DNA of 64,000 nt, taken from Hyaloraphidium curvatum SAG 235-1. Taxonomy: Eukaryota; Fungi; Monoblepharomycota. Of the stretch, positions 11,784 to 23,908 are shown piece by piece. The stretch's first letter is position 1, and the number at the start of each line of letters is the position of its first letter. The notes under the pieces are model-generated. The model did not search any database. It was not told the DNA's origin and saw nothing but the letters and a program-made list of their open reading frames with translations. The position numbers and the translations under genes were made by a program. The stretch spans positions 393,036 through 457,035 of the forward strand of contig JAIVFI010000042.1 in the NCBI GenBank assembly GCA_025558095.1, written 5' to 3'.

Positions 11784-13241
11784 AATGCTCCACAGCCCGA
11801 TCGCCAGCGTCAGCGCGGTCGCCGCGACGTTCCTCGCCGTGGCGGCATCCACGCGGAACCCCATGAATCTGGCGTAATAGCCGTCCGAAGCGTCGAAAAA
11901 GGCCGAGATGAGGCGGTCGTGGTGCGCTGCGAGGCGCTGCGCAGCTTCGGAACCCGGGCCAGACACGTCGAGCTCGTACCGAGCGCGGCGGAGGGACGTG
12001 CGTGCCAACCTGAACAGGGATGAGATGACCGACACGTGCGCGTTACTGGCAGTGAACAAAGCCAGGTCCGCCCCAACGATGAACGCGATCGCGGCGAGGG
12101 TGGCGAGCGAGGCGCCGGGCAGGCAGTTGCCCAGCGCGATCCCCGCCACGGCAACCGCGACGGCATACAGCGGGAGGGGGATGAGGACGGAGGGACCCGA
12201 GGTAACGCGGTGGATGCGCGTGCGCCATGTGGGGCCGAGGGCATCCTGCAGGAGGAGGTACGGTTCCTGGGGCGGGGGCGATGGGCCATGCCCAGATGCG
12301 AAGGTGCGGTATCGCGCGAGGAGCCCGCGGAGGGCAAGGGTAGAAGCGCGGCGGTGTAGCCGCAGGGCAAACTGGATGGCGGCCACGTTGGCGCGGGCGC
12401 TGGCGAGTTGGTTGACATTGTGGTACTCCAGCGCCAGGGCTGCGACTAGCACGCAGAGCGATGCGGCCCAAGGGGAGTTCCAAGTGATGGAGGCGTAGGC
12501 GACGGCGGGCATTGAGAGGTAGATGGTGAAGTAAAAGGTGAACGATGCGCAAGCGTACCCAACGAACTCGAGCAGGCGAAACGCGGCCGCCCGGCCGGCC
12601 AGCTTGCCCGCACATTGGGTGCCGGGACACGGGCACAGCGGATCCGACGCGTCGTGTCGCAGCAGTAACGAGCCCGGCTCCGCGTCGCGCAGCTGCGCGT
12701 ATCGGGCGAACACGGCCAGAGGGTGTGCCGAGAGGTCCGACGGCGAGCCGAAGCGGCGCGAATAGGCGTTGCCAAAGAAGATGATCACGATGCCGGTCAG
12801 AAACGCGTGCAGCAGGGTGACGAAGGTGGAGACTGCCAGCTGCGGCGGAGAGAACCGGCCGAGTTCCCCTGCAAACGCCCACTGAATGGAGACAAGAGCT
12901 GAGCCTGTTCCGAAAAAAAGAGCTGCACGCAGATTGTGCCACGGCACGGCGTACTTTGCCAGAACCAGCTGCACGCGCACGAACTGGGTGAGGAGGGGAG
13001 ACGCCGCGAGCGCCGAGACAAGGTCATCGCGCGTGAGGGGAGACGATACCCTCAGCGAAGCAGCGGGGTCGGCCGATGGCTCTTCCTCGTCCACCTCGTC
13101 GGTTCCGGGAACGGTCGGCGCGGGAAAGAGGGCTATCCATTCGCGGGCGGTGAACGACGAGAGGGGTGCCCCTTTGTCTCCCGCGCCTTCCGCCTTCTCC
13201 AGGTCCACGGAAACCACCGCCTCGCGCGAAGAGTCTCCCAT
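11736..13241 (-). CDS. Orphan 7-transmembrane protein, gustatory-receptor/DUF3537-like candidate, intact copy (501 aa)
   Basis: Intronless ORF from MGDSSREAVV with seven hydrophobic segments, Cys loop DPLCPCPGTQC, and C-terminus YARFMGFRVDAATARNVAATALTLAIGLWSILR. Confidence 0.8.
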   Translation of the reverse strand: MGDSSREAVVSVDLEKAEGAGDKGAPLSSFTAREWIALFPAPTVPGTDEVDEEEPSADPAASLRVSSPLTRDDLVSALAASPLLTQFVRVQLVLAKYAVPWHNLRAALFFGTGSALVSIQWAFAGELGRFSPPQLAVSTFVTLLHAFLTGIVIIFFGNAYSRRFGSPSDLSAHPLAVFARYAQLRDAEPGSLLLRHDASDPLCPCPGTQCAGKLAGRAAAFRLLEFVGYACASFTFYFTIYLSMPAVAYASITWNSPWAASLCVLVAALALEYHNVNQLASARANVAAIQFALRLHRRASTLALRGLLARYRTFASGHGPSPPPQEPYLLLQDALGPTWRTRIHRVTSGPSVLIPLPLYAVAVAVAGIALGNCLPGASLATLAAIAFIVGADLALFTASNAHVSVISSLFRLARTSLRRARYELDVSGPGSEAAQRLAAHHDRLISAFFDASDGYYARFMGFRVDAATARNVAATALTLAIGLWSILRGGGVQVTLYPTCG

Positions 13242-13783
13242 CTTCCGCGCCGATTGAGAGAGCAGGCAACAGCGGACAACTTCAACGGGGAGTTCAGACG
13301 AGTTTTGGTCCCAAGGTCTCCGCGCTCGCAATCCCCATGCTTCCCCAGAACCAGCAGGAAATGACCCATCTGGCGTTAAAACGAAGGTTGGTACAATGTT
13401 CCTCTGCAGCCTTAATCGGCTTGGCCCTTTGCAGCTCTTGACCTGCTCTGTGTGTGGCAATAGTGGCAACGCGGTCCGTGAGTCAAAGCTTCAACCTACT
13501 CGAGAAGGCTGCACGCGGCTGAACCATGGGATCAGCATCTCCAGCATCAACTGCCCAATCTCCGCCTACAGATGCGTTCTTTGCCGGAAAGCCACGCTGA
13601 CGGCGGAGCGGGAAAGTATTGGGCGCCACGCCACCCGATCGCGATCGTGGGTCGCGGCGATTGCGCTAATAGCTGACTATCTCCGCAACGACCCTCCCGT
13701 TCCGGCCGGCCGGTTCCGCCTGAGTCTCCGAGCGAGCTTGCTCCAAAGCTTCCCGTGCACTGGCCGCTCGGCCGGCGCCCGCC

Positions 13784-15119
13784 ATGGCCAACGCTACCGT
13801 CCTCTCCGCCGCTGTCCCCGGCGCGCTCCCTCCGCACCTCCTCGCCGACACGTGGTGGGCTGCCCTCGGCCGGCGGTGGCTCTCGTACGCCGTGCCGATC
13901 CACGACGCGCTCGGAGGCTGCCTCACCTTCACGCTGTACTCGTTCGTGTTCCTCTGGGCAAAGTGGGTGTCCCGGTGGCAACTCGGCCGGGCGCTGCCTG
14001 ACACTCCGAAGCTGGATCCCAATATACGGCTTCTTCCGCGCCGTGGACAAGTACAACTTCCTCGGCCTGCAGCGGTACAAGCAGCACCCGGGGCGGTACG
14101 AGCCCCAGACGCTCAACGACAAGGTCGTCACGGGCGTGCGGTACGGCTTCTGGCGCGGCGCGATCCGCAACGCCGTGTTCTACTGGGTGTGGTTCTCTCA
14201 CGGGCGGATGGACATGCGGGTGTGGCCCAAGTCGCCTGTAAAGGTGGCCCTGGACGTGCTGTTCGGGTTCGTCCTGAACGACTTCCTGTTCTACTGGTTG
14301 GTGCCATCGTCGGAATGGGTATCTCCGGGCGGTCGGCTTACGGTCTTATGGCAGGGCGCACCGCGCGATGCACCACCCGCGGCTCTACAAGCACCTCCGT
14401 GAGCATTCCTAGCCGTTCGTTCCTGCCTTTTCCTGACTCCCGTTTGCCTCCCAGACAAGCAGCACCGTGCGTCCCAATTCGTCTCGCTTTTTGCGCACCT
14501 CCTGACCTCCTGCCAGACGAGTTCAAGGTGACCAATGTCGGCGCGACGGCGTGGAACGAGGCCTCGGAGTCCTTCCTCATCATGATCCTGGCCAACACCG
14601 TGGCGTGGTCGCTCTCGATGGACCTGTTCACGTGGTGCATGTGGATCATCCTGCAGAACTACTGTGGGTCGCCTGCCGTGCCCGGGTAGGGGTCGCTGAC
14701 GCGCCGGGAACGGCAGATGACCACTACGTGCACTCGGGCTACGCGTTCTGGTTCGACCCGGGGCAGCTCCTCGTCGACCCGCAGTTCCACGACTGTACGT
14801 CGACCTGGAGCCCCCTCTTGACTTGCCCGTGCTGACACCGATTCCAACAGGGCACCACTTTGCCAACGCGGGTAACTACTCCGTCACCTCCATCTGGGAC
14901 GTGGCCTTCGGGACAGACCTCAACTTCCGCGCATGGTGCATCCCGCCGTCCGGATTCCACGAACACGCCTGACCCGTCCCGCCGAGCAGGAAGATCCGGC
15001 AGGAGGAGCGCAGGCTGAAGGGCCTGCAGGAGGAACCCGAGCGGCGGGACGACGGGGACGACACCGGGGCGAGCTCGGGGTACGTCGGGTTCGATGAGGC
15101 CAAGGCCAAGTCGGGATAA
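13784..15119 (+). CDS. Sterol desaturase / fatty-acid hydroxylase superfamily (ERG25/ERG3-like), multi-exon
   Basis: Spliced His boxes: DFLFYW|AHRAMHHPRLYKHL|HKQH, HSGY, FHD|WHHFANAGNY, WDVAFGTD. Confidence 0.85.
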
Positions 15120-15277
15120 GCGGACGGTGGGGGACTCTGAAGGTGTGGACATGTGCGTAACTTGCTGCTTTGGCTTCGTTTGGCCTGTAGATTGTCTGTT
15201 GCGGACGATAGAGAGCGAAGGAATGGTGGCCCGTTTTTCGGGATCTATTGCTGTCCCAACCGCATCAGAGACGCAGA

Positions 15278-15976
15278 TCAAAAATCCACATCCTGCTCCA
15301 CAGGGTGCAGCAGTATTTCGTCCACCCGCACGTGCTTGGGCGCCGCCACTGCGTACGCGATGGCCTCGGCCACGTCCTCAGGCTTTAGCCAGCCCTTCTT
15401 GTGCTCCTCCCCCTGCTTCGAGTCCGCGAAGTTGGTGTCCACCATGCCGGGCCTGATCTCGCACACCCGCAGGCCATACTCGCGGCCTTCGTAGGCCAGG
15501 CACTGCAGCACCGCGCGCTGGGCGTGCTTCGAGGCGGTGTAGAGGGCGCCGCCGGAGAAGGTCCGCGCCGAAACGTCCGAGGTGACGCAGACGACGGTGC
15601 CAGACCCGCGGGAGCGGAAGTGCGGGAGCAGGGACTGCACGCACAGAAGCGTGCCGAGGACGTTGGTGTCCATGACCGTGCGATAGTCCTCGGCGGTGAT
15701 GCCGTCGACGGGGCCGAACTTGCCGACCCCGGCGTTCGCGACCAAAGCGGTGCAGCCCTGGGAAGCCGCGAGCTCGCCAAAGGCCGTGGTGGATGCGGGA
15801 TCGCGGACGTCCAGGGTGGCCACTGTGAGGTTCGGCGAGGCCAGCGCGGAGAGCGGGGAGGTGTCGCGGGCGCCGGCGACGACGCGGGCGCCGCGCGAGA
15901 GAAGGAGGGAGACAATGCCGTAGCCGATGCCTTTAGAGGCGCCGGTGATGGCGATCACGTGGCCAGAGAGGCTCAT
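15278..15976 (-). CDS. Classical short-chain dehydrogenase/reductase, intronless (232 aa)
   Basis: [16 protein letters not shown] catalytic motif, PGMVDT. Confidence 0.92.
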   Translation of the reverse strand: MSLSGHVIAITGASKGIGYGIVSLLLSRGARVVAGARDTSPLSALASPNLTVATLDVRDPASTTAFGELAASQGCTALVANAGVGKFGPVDGITAEDYRTVMDTNVLGTLLCVQSLLPHFRSRGSGTVVCVTSDVSARTFSGGALYTASKHAQRAVLQCLAYEGREYGLRVCEIRPGMVDTNFADSKQGEEHKKGWLKPEDVAEAIAYAVAAPKHVRVDEILLHPVEQDVDF

Positions 15977-16134
15977 CCTATGGAGATGCGGGCGAAGGCG
16001 GCACAACTCCGTGGACGCGCGATCGGATCGGCACGACCCGAGCCCGACTGTTTACACTTGTTTGATCCCGCCGTCTACCCAATGCCGCCCGGTCTGTAGG
16101 ATCTTTCATCATTTGTCGCGCTGCGAGGGAAACC

Positions 16135-17241
16135 ATGGACGGCGAGGGCGAGAACCCGGCGCCGGACGCGGAGGAAAACTCCCTGGAGCTGCCCAACGAG
16201 CTCGTCTCGCACATCATGGGCTTGCTCCGAAATCGGGGCTGGAACGCGACGCTGCTGAGGCTCATGCTCGTGCAGAAACGCTTCTTTGTGATCGGCCTCC
16301 GCATCGTGCTGGACGACCTGCTGCTGGCGCCGGGCGACCCGGCCTGCGAGGCGAAATGGCGGCTGCTCGAGCGCGGCTTCGAGTACGCGGGGACGACGCC
16401 GCACCGCTTCGTGCGCGTGCTGCGCGTCAAGCTCGACGCCGACGTTGGCCCGGCCCGGCTGGACGCCCTCGGGAAGGCCCTGCGCGGCGCCGACGAGCTT
16501 GAGCTCTCGTGCGACGACCCCGTACGCGTGCGCACGGCGTGGAACGCCCTGGCATGGAGCGACAGGCTCACCCGGCTGTGCCTCCGCCTTACACCCCGGG
16601 CGTGGGGCGCCTTCCAGTCAACGAACCGCTTTCCCCGCTCCTTGTCGCGTGTGGACCTCGCCGAGGGATGTGACACAATGGAGGCCCTCGGCTTTCTCTC
16701 GATGATGGAGCGGGCCCCCAACCTCCGCGAGTGGGGGCTGGCGTGCTTTGACCACGTGCCGGCGTGGGCGTGGAAGAACCTCCCCTCGCTCGCGCGGAGG
16801 TTGAGGACAGCGGCAAGGGTGCGGGAGCACTCACTCGAGACTATCCTCGCCGAGCCGGCATTTACGATCGAGCGGATGTCGGTGTGCGCTCACGGGCCCT
16901 CCCTGGGGAAGCTGGACGCGTACATGCCCCTCCTGACCGGGGTGAGGGAGCTCTCCATTTGCACGGGGGAACCGGTGACCGTGCGGCCTCTCGCGTTGCT
17001 CCCTCCCAACCTGGAGGTGCTCAGCCTGTGGACCAACTCTAGCCCGCGGACGGTGGAGCACTACGCCGCGCTAGGCCCGCACGGGATGCAGATCCGGACA
17101 AGGAAGGAGGAGCTGCTCTCGATGTTCAGGCCGGGGACCGAGGCGAGGACGAGGGAGGGTTTGATGCGGAGCGAGCCCATCAGGGACGATTTCTGCGGGT
17201 GCACGGCGACGTTGTTCGTCAGGGATGCCGTAGGGCCGTGA
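16135..17241 (+). CDS. F-box-like protein with LRR-like C-terminal region (368 aa)
   Basis: LELPNELVSHIMGLL...LLRLMLVQKRFF; repeats RLTRLCL, PNLREW, LPPNLEVLSL. Confidence 0.65.
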   Translation: MDGEGENPAPDAEENSLELPNELVSHIMGLLRNRGWNATLLRLMLVQKRFFVIGLRIVLDDLLLAPGDPACEAKWRLLERGFEYAGTTPHRFVRVLRVKLDADVGPARLDALGKALRGADELELSCDDPVRVRTAWNALAWSDRLTRLCLRLTPRAWGAFQSTNRFPRSLSRVDLAEGCDTMEALGFLSMMERAPNLREWGLACFDHVPAWAWKNLPSLARRLRTAARVREHSLETILAEPAFTIERMSVCAHGPSLGKLDAYMPLLTGVRELSICTGEPVTVRPLALLPPNLEVLSLWTNSSPRTVEHYAALGPHGMQIRTRKEELLSMFRPGTEARTREGLMRSEPIRDDFCGCTATLFVRDAVGP

Positions 17242-17492
17242 TCCCGCCTTTCTGCTGAGTTCGTGCCTTCTCGTCCGTGAGACGGATGTAATCCGAGCCA
17301 GATATTCTGTCCTTATCCATGACGCAGGCCAATCGGACTAGGCTTTCCATCGTGCGTGGAACTCGCTGATGCCAGCCCCGAATCGGGCCCGAATCGTCCC
17401 CAGGCTGAGGACTGCCAGTGATCGAAGTCCGATAGCCGTCGACTCCGGCCCCTTCGACGCCCGCTCCGCCTTGTTTCTCGACTGCTTATCCG

Positions 17493-19000
17493 ATGAGCAC
17501 TGAGCCACGCGAATCGTCGGTGTGCTTGGACGCGGGCGACAAGGCCAATGGCGCGGGGGACAGAGACGCACCCCTCGCGACGTTCAGCGCGCGAGAATCG
17601 GTTGCGCTCTTCCCAGCGCCGCCCGGCCCCGGGACCGACGAACTGGAGGATACGACCCCGACCGACCCCGCGGCGGAGCTCAGGGCGTCGTGCCCGCTCT
17701 CCCGCGAGGACCTGCTTTCCGGGCTCGCCGCGTCTCCCATCCTCTCCCTGTTCGTGCGCGTGCAGCTGGTCCTGGCAAAGTATGCCGTGCCGTGGCACAA
17801 TCTGCGCGCAGCTCTATTTTTCGGAACAGGCCCAGCCCTTGTTTCCATTCAGTGGGCGTTTGCGGGGGAGCTCGGTCGGTTCTCTCGCCGCAGCTCGCCG
17901 TCTCTACTTTCGTCACCCTGCTGCACGTGTCCCTGACCGCCTTTGTGGTCATATTCTTTGGCCAAGTGTACACGCGCCGCTTTGGCTCGCCGACGGACTT
18001 GTCGGCACACCCGCTGGCCGTGTTTGCCCGTTACTACCAGCTTCGCTCAATGGAGCCCGGGTCGTTGCTTCTTTGCCACGATGCTTCCGATTCTCTGTGT
18101 CCATGTGCCAAACCCCTGTGTGCAGGAATGTTGCTCCGTCGAGCGGCCGCGCTGCGCGTGCTCGAGGCCGTTGTGCACGCCTGCGTTTCGCTCGCTTTCT
18201 ACTTCACAATTTACCTCTCAATGCCCTCCGTTGCCTACGCATCCATCACCTGGAACTCCCCCTGGGCGGCAGCGCTCTGCGCTGCTTATTCTGCCTTGGT
18301 GGTCGAGTACCACTGGGTCAACCATCTTGCCGGCGCGCGCGCCAACGTCGTCGCCATCCAGCTCGCCCTGCGGTTGCACCGCCGCGCCTCCATCCTCGCG
18401 CTCCGCGGCCTGATTGCGCGCTACCGCACCCTCGCCTCGGCCTATCCCACGTTTCCTTCGCCGGAGGAGCCGTACCTCCTCTTGCAGGGCGCCCTTGGCC
18501 CCACGTGGCGCACGCGAATCGAGCGCGTGACCTCGGGCCCCTCGGTCCTCATCCCCCTCCCCGTGTACGCCGTCGCGGTCGCGGTGGCCGGGATCGCCCT
18601 CGGGAATTGCCTGCCGGCTCCTTCGGTTTCGACGTGCGCAGTGATCGCATTCATCGTGACGGCAGACTTGGCGGTGTTCACGGCGAGCAACGCCCACGTG
18701 TCGGCCATCACGTCGCTCTTCAGATCGGCGCTCACGTCCCTCCGCCGCGCCCGCTACGAGCTCGACAAGGGCGGCGCCGCGGGGTCCGACGCGGCGCAGC
18801 GTTTCGGCGACCACCACGACCGCCTCATCTCGGCCTTTTTCGACGCCTCGGACGGCTACTACGCCAGGTTCATGGGGTTCCGCGTGGATGCTGCCACGGC
18901 ACGGAACGTTGCGGCGACTGCGCTCACCCTGGGGATCGGGCTGTGGAGCATACTGAGGGGCGGCGGGGTGCAGGTGACGCTGTACCCGACGTGCGGGTGA
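17493..19000 (+). pseudogene. 7-TM gustatory-receptor-like protein, copy 2 (1-nt frameshift near 17885)
   Basis: ORFs 17493-17936 and 17522-19000 together align end to end with copy 1. TTCTCTCGCCGCAG here vs TTCTCTCCGCCGCAG in copy 1; could be a sequencing indel. Confidence 0.8.
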
Positions 19001-19529
19001 TGCCGGGCAATCTTAATACAAAGGCAGGCCGAGTGCCGTAATGGTCGTTGGCCGAGTTGCACCTGAATAAAAAGGGCCCGGTTGATGGAGACTCTTTGAC
19101 GTTGAGGTTCTTTTCCACGAGCCTTGCGCTTGCGCGAGCGCTGGCTTCCCCGACCGATGACTCGACAACTCTCCTTCACAACGGATCCAGAAAACACCAT
19201 GGAAACCGACACTCCCCTCGTCTTCCCTCCCGAAATCATCTCCCACATCGCGCTCTTCCTTCCCCGCCGGGGGCTGCTCGTGCTGGCCGGCGCCTCGCGG
19301 TCCGCGCTCGCGCTCGTCGAACCGCTCGCGTTCTCGGTCTTTGCGCACGACCCGCGTCCTCTGGAGCTGCTTGACGAGAGAGTCGAGCGCTGGCGCGCAC
19401 GCGGATGGCTCCGACACGTCCAGAGGGTCGAGTCGGGCTGCGGTGCGTGGCAGGAGGGAGGCGTCGACGAGCTGCTCGACCTCTTGTGGAGTCGGACTCT
19501 TTGAACGAACCTCGTTTCGGCGAAGCTCG
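18953..19529. repeat. Right arm of the near-identical inverted repeat (partner 11243-11783)
   Basis: Direct sequence comparison; overlapping ORF translations are almost identical. Confidence 0.92.
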
Positions 19530-20462
19530 CATTCAGCAACTACGAATCAATGTGCGGCGTGCTGCGGAGCCTTATTATGCCGCGGAACATCAGCGAGCTT
19601 GAAGTCGTGGACCCCTCGGGGAGGCCTTTGCGTGCGGACCCCCTGGGGCCCTTCGAGATCCCGAATGTGAAGCACCTCAAGTACTCGGCCAAAGGCATCG
19701 ATCGTCTGAACTTTGCCATCACGCACCTCGTCAGCGGAAGCTTTAGACTGGAAAGTCTCGACCTGGGCGTGGACGTCGAGGATTCTGAACGAGTCCACTG
19801 GATGATAAACAACTACTCAATTCTGCGCACGATCACAGCTTGGAGCGGTACCGGCAAGGTGTTTGCTTCGGTTCCTGTGTGATTCAGCCGGCTTCCACCC
19901 CCAACGCATTGCGTGCGATGCCGTGGCGGACGGTCCCACGATGAGGGCCCTCGCCGAGCTGCCTTCGGTCAAGTCGCTCAAGATTGCCGAGCTCACTTCG
20001 TCGAGCATCATCCACTGGGGCTTGCCGCGGGGTCTTCGGGAGCTGGTCGTGGACCGCCTGGTTCTCTCCGCAATCGGACCCCCTGCGAAAGTCCTGCAGC
20101 AAGCACGGCGGTTCGACCTCCACGTTTCCGTCGGTTTGTTCTGCATGCCGCCTTTGGAACAAATCGAAGAGGGCTACAAAGGCGTCGCATCGCTCCAAGG
20201 CGAGATCGCGTTGTGGCGGGACGTGGTCGGCGTCGATGTGGTCATGGCACCCGATCTCGCGGAGTTTCTGGAGGCTGCGGACATGCTACGAAGGTTCCGA
20301 ACGCCGATGTGCTGGGTCGAAAGCGACGACCGAGCGGGACGTAGATCTGATGCCGTCCTGTCATCTGACGCCTATGGAGCCCGTAGAGGGGGAAAAGACA
20401 GACTTCCGCTGGAAAATGCTTCAGTAGATGACTGTCGGATGAATTCGCGTCTGCCGCGATGA
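19199..20462 (+). pseudogene. F-box-like/LRR-like protein, copy 2 (in-frame TGA 19502-19504; frameshift near 19860)
   Basis: METDTPLVFPPEIISHIALFL start. Segments 19550-19882 and 19863-20462 align with copy 1 (ELEVVDPSG, IACDAVAD, LPRGLRELVVDRLVLS, PDLAEFLEAA). Confidence 0.65.
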
Positions 20463-20573
20463 AGCCGATGCCCGTGGTGCGCAAGTTGGTGATTATGCAG
20501 CGGGCCATTCGGCGCAGCTGGCGGCCCGGCCCGTGGCGGGCCCCCGTCTTCTCCGGCCGGCTTCCCCCCGCCA

Positions 20574-22478
20574 ATGCCCTCGCCCAAGAAGCCGTGGGAG
20601 GTCAACCGGGAAAGCGGCGGCACGACATCGACCCTCGCAGTCCCGCCGGCGGCCGCACCGTCCTCCGCCGCCGCGCCCGGCCGGCCCGCGTCGCCGCTGC
20701 CGTCGTCGTCCGCCGCGGCGCCATCGGTCCCCGCGCGGCCCGCCAGCGGCTTCGGAACCGCTTCGACGGGAACGGTCGGCACGTACGGAGGAGCTAACAG
20801 GCCAGGTGGGTTGGGTGCGCCGGTGCCGCCGCCGGCCTCTGAACCGGTCCCTGCCCCCATCGCCCGCCGACCGGCTCCTGGCTCTTCTTGGACCATTTTG
20901 CTCGATTGCTTCCTTCTTTGTTGCTCGGACCGGGCCTTCTCTTGTGCCATCGGCCCCCCGCAGGCATGTTCGGCTCCTCGACCTATGGCTCCGGCTACGG
21001 CACGGGGGGCTACGGCACGGGCGGCTACGGCTCCACCTACGGCTCCAACTATGGCTCGAGCTACGGCGGCGGCTACAACTCCCCTTACTCCTCCAGCTAC
21101 GGCTCGGGCTACAACTCGGGCTACGGCGGCTACAACTCCCCTTACTCGTCGGGCTACTCCTCCTACTCGTCGCCCTACTCGCGCTTCGGCTCCTACAACT
21201 CCCCCTACTCGTCCTACTCGTCCTTCAACCGCCCTTACGGGAGCATGTACGGCTCCAACTACTACTCGAACGGGATGAACGACCCGAACGCGCTGAGCCG
21301 CAACATGGAGCAGTCGACCGCGGCGGCCTTCGGCGTGCTGGAGAACATCGTGTTTGCGTTCCAAGGCCTGTCGGGGATGCTCGAGAGCACGTTTCATGCC
21401 ACGCACAGCAGTTTCATGGCCATGGTGGGTTGGCGTCGGGGGTTCGCCGGGGTTTCTCTGACTTTGGCCCGGCCTATCCCTTCCCTACCCTCCCCAACCA
21501 CGCCCAACCTCCTCCCACACCACCTCCCACCCTTTTAACGTGGTCACGTGACCAAATAAGATGTCCTTGATCGACCAGTTCGGTAACCTGCGGAACATGC
21601 TCGGCGGCTTCCTCGGCCTCTTTGGCCTCGTCCGCTTCCTCCGCGACAGCGTCTACTGGCTCCTGGGCCGGGACCCGCCCGTGCGCGAGCTGACCCCCGA
21701 CGAGTTCGCGGAATGGGAGCGCTCCGGCGAGACGGTGCTCCCCGACGGCACCGTCGCCCCCGGCCAGAAGCCGCTCGTCGCGCGGGCCAACCGCAAGCCG
21801 TTCCTCCTGTTTTTCCTGTTCGCCATCGGCATCCCGTGGATCTTTTCCAGGCTGGTGAGGTTCCTCCAGGAGCAGCAGCTCAAGCGGGAGCGCCGCGCAC
21901 TCGAGGCCGCGGCGGCGAGGGGCGACCCGAACGCCAAGGCGATCCTCGAGGGGCGCGATCCCGCGGAGCTCGGGCTCGGGCCCGACGGGCAGCCGCTGCC
22001 GGGCTTGGCGGGGCCTCCCGGCGCGCCGGGGAAGCTGGTGTTTGCAAAGGCCAAGCACGCGTTCGAGCCGCAGTCGCCGCAGGAGCTGGCCCTGGAGAGG
22101 GGGGAGATCGTGGCGGTGCTCAACAAGGTGCGTCGATCTGCGTCGTTTGGGGCCCGTTGTAATGGTGTTGATTGTTTTGGTTGGGTACAGACCGACCCCG
22201 CGACGGGCCAGACGTCGGAATGGTGGCGCGGCCGCACCCGCGACGGCCGCATGGGCTTCTTCCCCGGCTCCTACGTCGAGGAGCTCCCCGACCCGTCGTC
22301 CAAGCCCGCGCCGCGGCCCGCGAGCTCCGGGAGCGAGCGCACGGCGGCGCCGGCGGGTAGCCCCGGCGGGCCGGCGGGCAGCCCGGGGGGTGCGCCGGAT
22401 ATGTCGGTGCGGCCGCCGAGCAGGGCGGCGAGCGCGGCGGGGAGTGCGTCGGGGAGGATAGAGGGGGGGGAGTTTTGA
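20574..22478 (+). CDS. PEX13: Peroxin 13 (peroxisomal docking protein with SH3), 4 exons
   Basis: N-terminal PKKPWE, Tyr/Gly/Ser-rich tract, Peroxin-13_N-like MEQSTAAAFGVLENIVFAFQGLSGMLESTFHATHSSF, TM helix, SH3 AKAKHAFEP...ELAL...EWWRG...GFFPGSYV. Confidence 0.93.
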
Positions 22479-22923
22479 GGGAGGGTGATGGGGATTGGGC
22501 GGGACGTGGGCTCGTTTCGGACGGACCCAGTCTGGACGTCGGCCCTGCGATCGGGAGTTGATCTTGCGCTTCTCTGGCCAAGTTGTAGATTCTGCGGCGA
22601 TGAAATAGGAAAAGCAACCGTGATCGTGTTCGTTTGGAGCATCGACCGTCTAATGCTGTCCAATACTGAACAAAAGGGCCTTCCGCATCGGTCCGATTAG
22701 GTTGTTGTAGTAGGGCAAGTAGATCAGTTTGCCTCTGAAAAGGATGTTTCAAGCACCGGCTACCAAAGCTTCCATAAGGCGGTGAAGATATTCGCTGCGT
22801 GTCGGGCTTCCAGCTTTGAACAGCTCGTGAATCATCTTTTGCTCTTTTCACGCACTACGAAAGGTGCTCCAAATCGATCCTGTTGGCCGCGTTCCCCTTG
22901 ACGCCGTGATGACCAGCTCACTT

Positions 22924-23908
22924 TCATCGGAACCAGCGGACGTGATCACGCCGGCCCGCCGTGCCGGCATCATCCTCCTTCTTCGCAGCTTCCTTTGGAC
23001 CAGCCAGCTCCCGATCGGCAGCACCGCGTTCCTCCTGCTGCAGCTGCTGATCGCCGATGCCGGGCTGCTCCGACTCCTCGTCGACCAGATCGAACTCGGG
23101 GTGGTTGGCGAACCATTCGTCGTCGATGTCCTCCGGCAAGAGTCCCCGGAGCCGCTGATCCTGGCCAATGGATGAGCCCGGCCGGCGCGTCCGCAAAGTC
23201 AACGTTCACCCACGGCTTCCTCGGCCTCCTCCAGGGGCTCCACGGGCTCCACATCTTCTTCCTCGGACTCGTCCGCGGAGCCCCCCGCCGTCCCGTGCGC
23301 GGGCGCCTCCGCCCCGAGGGACTCCCACGCCAGGTAGCACCGCCCGACCGCGTAGGCGCGCTGCCCCGCGTCGAAATCCAGGAAGCCGGGCACTTGCGCG
23401 AAGTGCTCCAGCAACGGCGGTAGCTTCGAAAAGGCCGCTTCGATGGCCTGTGGTGGCAGCAGCAGGGTCAGCGAAGCGCGCGTGACCGCGTCCCGAAGGG
23501 GCACCCACATGGGGGGGGAGACACCCAATGTGGAACGAACGGTACTCCTTGTACTTGGTTGCCGGCTCCTTCGGGGTGACCTCGCACACGACAGCCGCTA
23601 CTGGCTCGTTGAGCTGGCGGGAAGAGGCGACGTCCACGTCACCAGGAGCGGGAACAGGCGACTCCGCGTCACGAGGGGCAAGCACGTCAACCGCACTCTA
23701 CCTACCCTCATCCTCTTGTCCCGGCAATCTCTCTTTCGGCACTTGTCCGCAGTGCTCGCCAGCTGGGCCACAGAGACGCGTAAGAAGCGGGCATCGATCG
23801 TTGCGACCGCCCGTGGCCCACGCGGAAGACAACCGGAGGCGCCGTATTGAAGTCGATAGCGGTCCCGAGCCTCTCCTCTTGAAAGGGCTCTACATCTTCT
23901 GCCGACAT
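22924..23908 (-). CDS. PARP-type zinc-finger-like protein with acidic tail (5 exons predicted)
   Basis: Splicing gives VVFR|LASTADKCRKRDCRDKRMR|LNEPVAAVV...RSFHIGCLPPH|AIE...VPGFLDFDAGQR, i.e. C-x4-C...H-x2-C plus the GF-x-x-hydrophobic element of zf-PARP. Confidence 0.55.

Noticed and set aside
20965-21270. Tyr/Gly/Ser repeat-like DNA
   Set aside because: Normal YG-rich region of Pex13.
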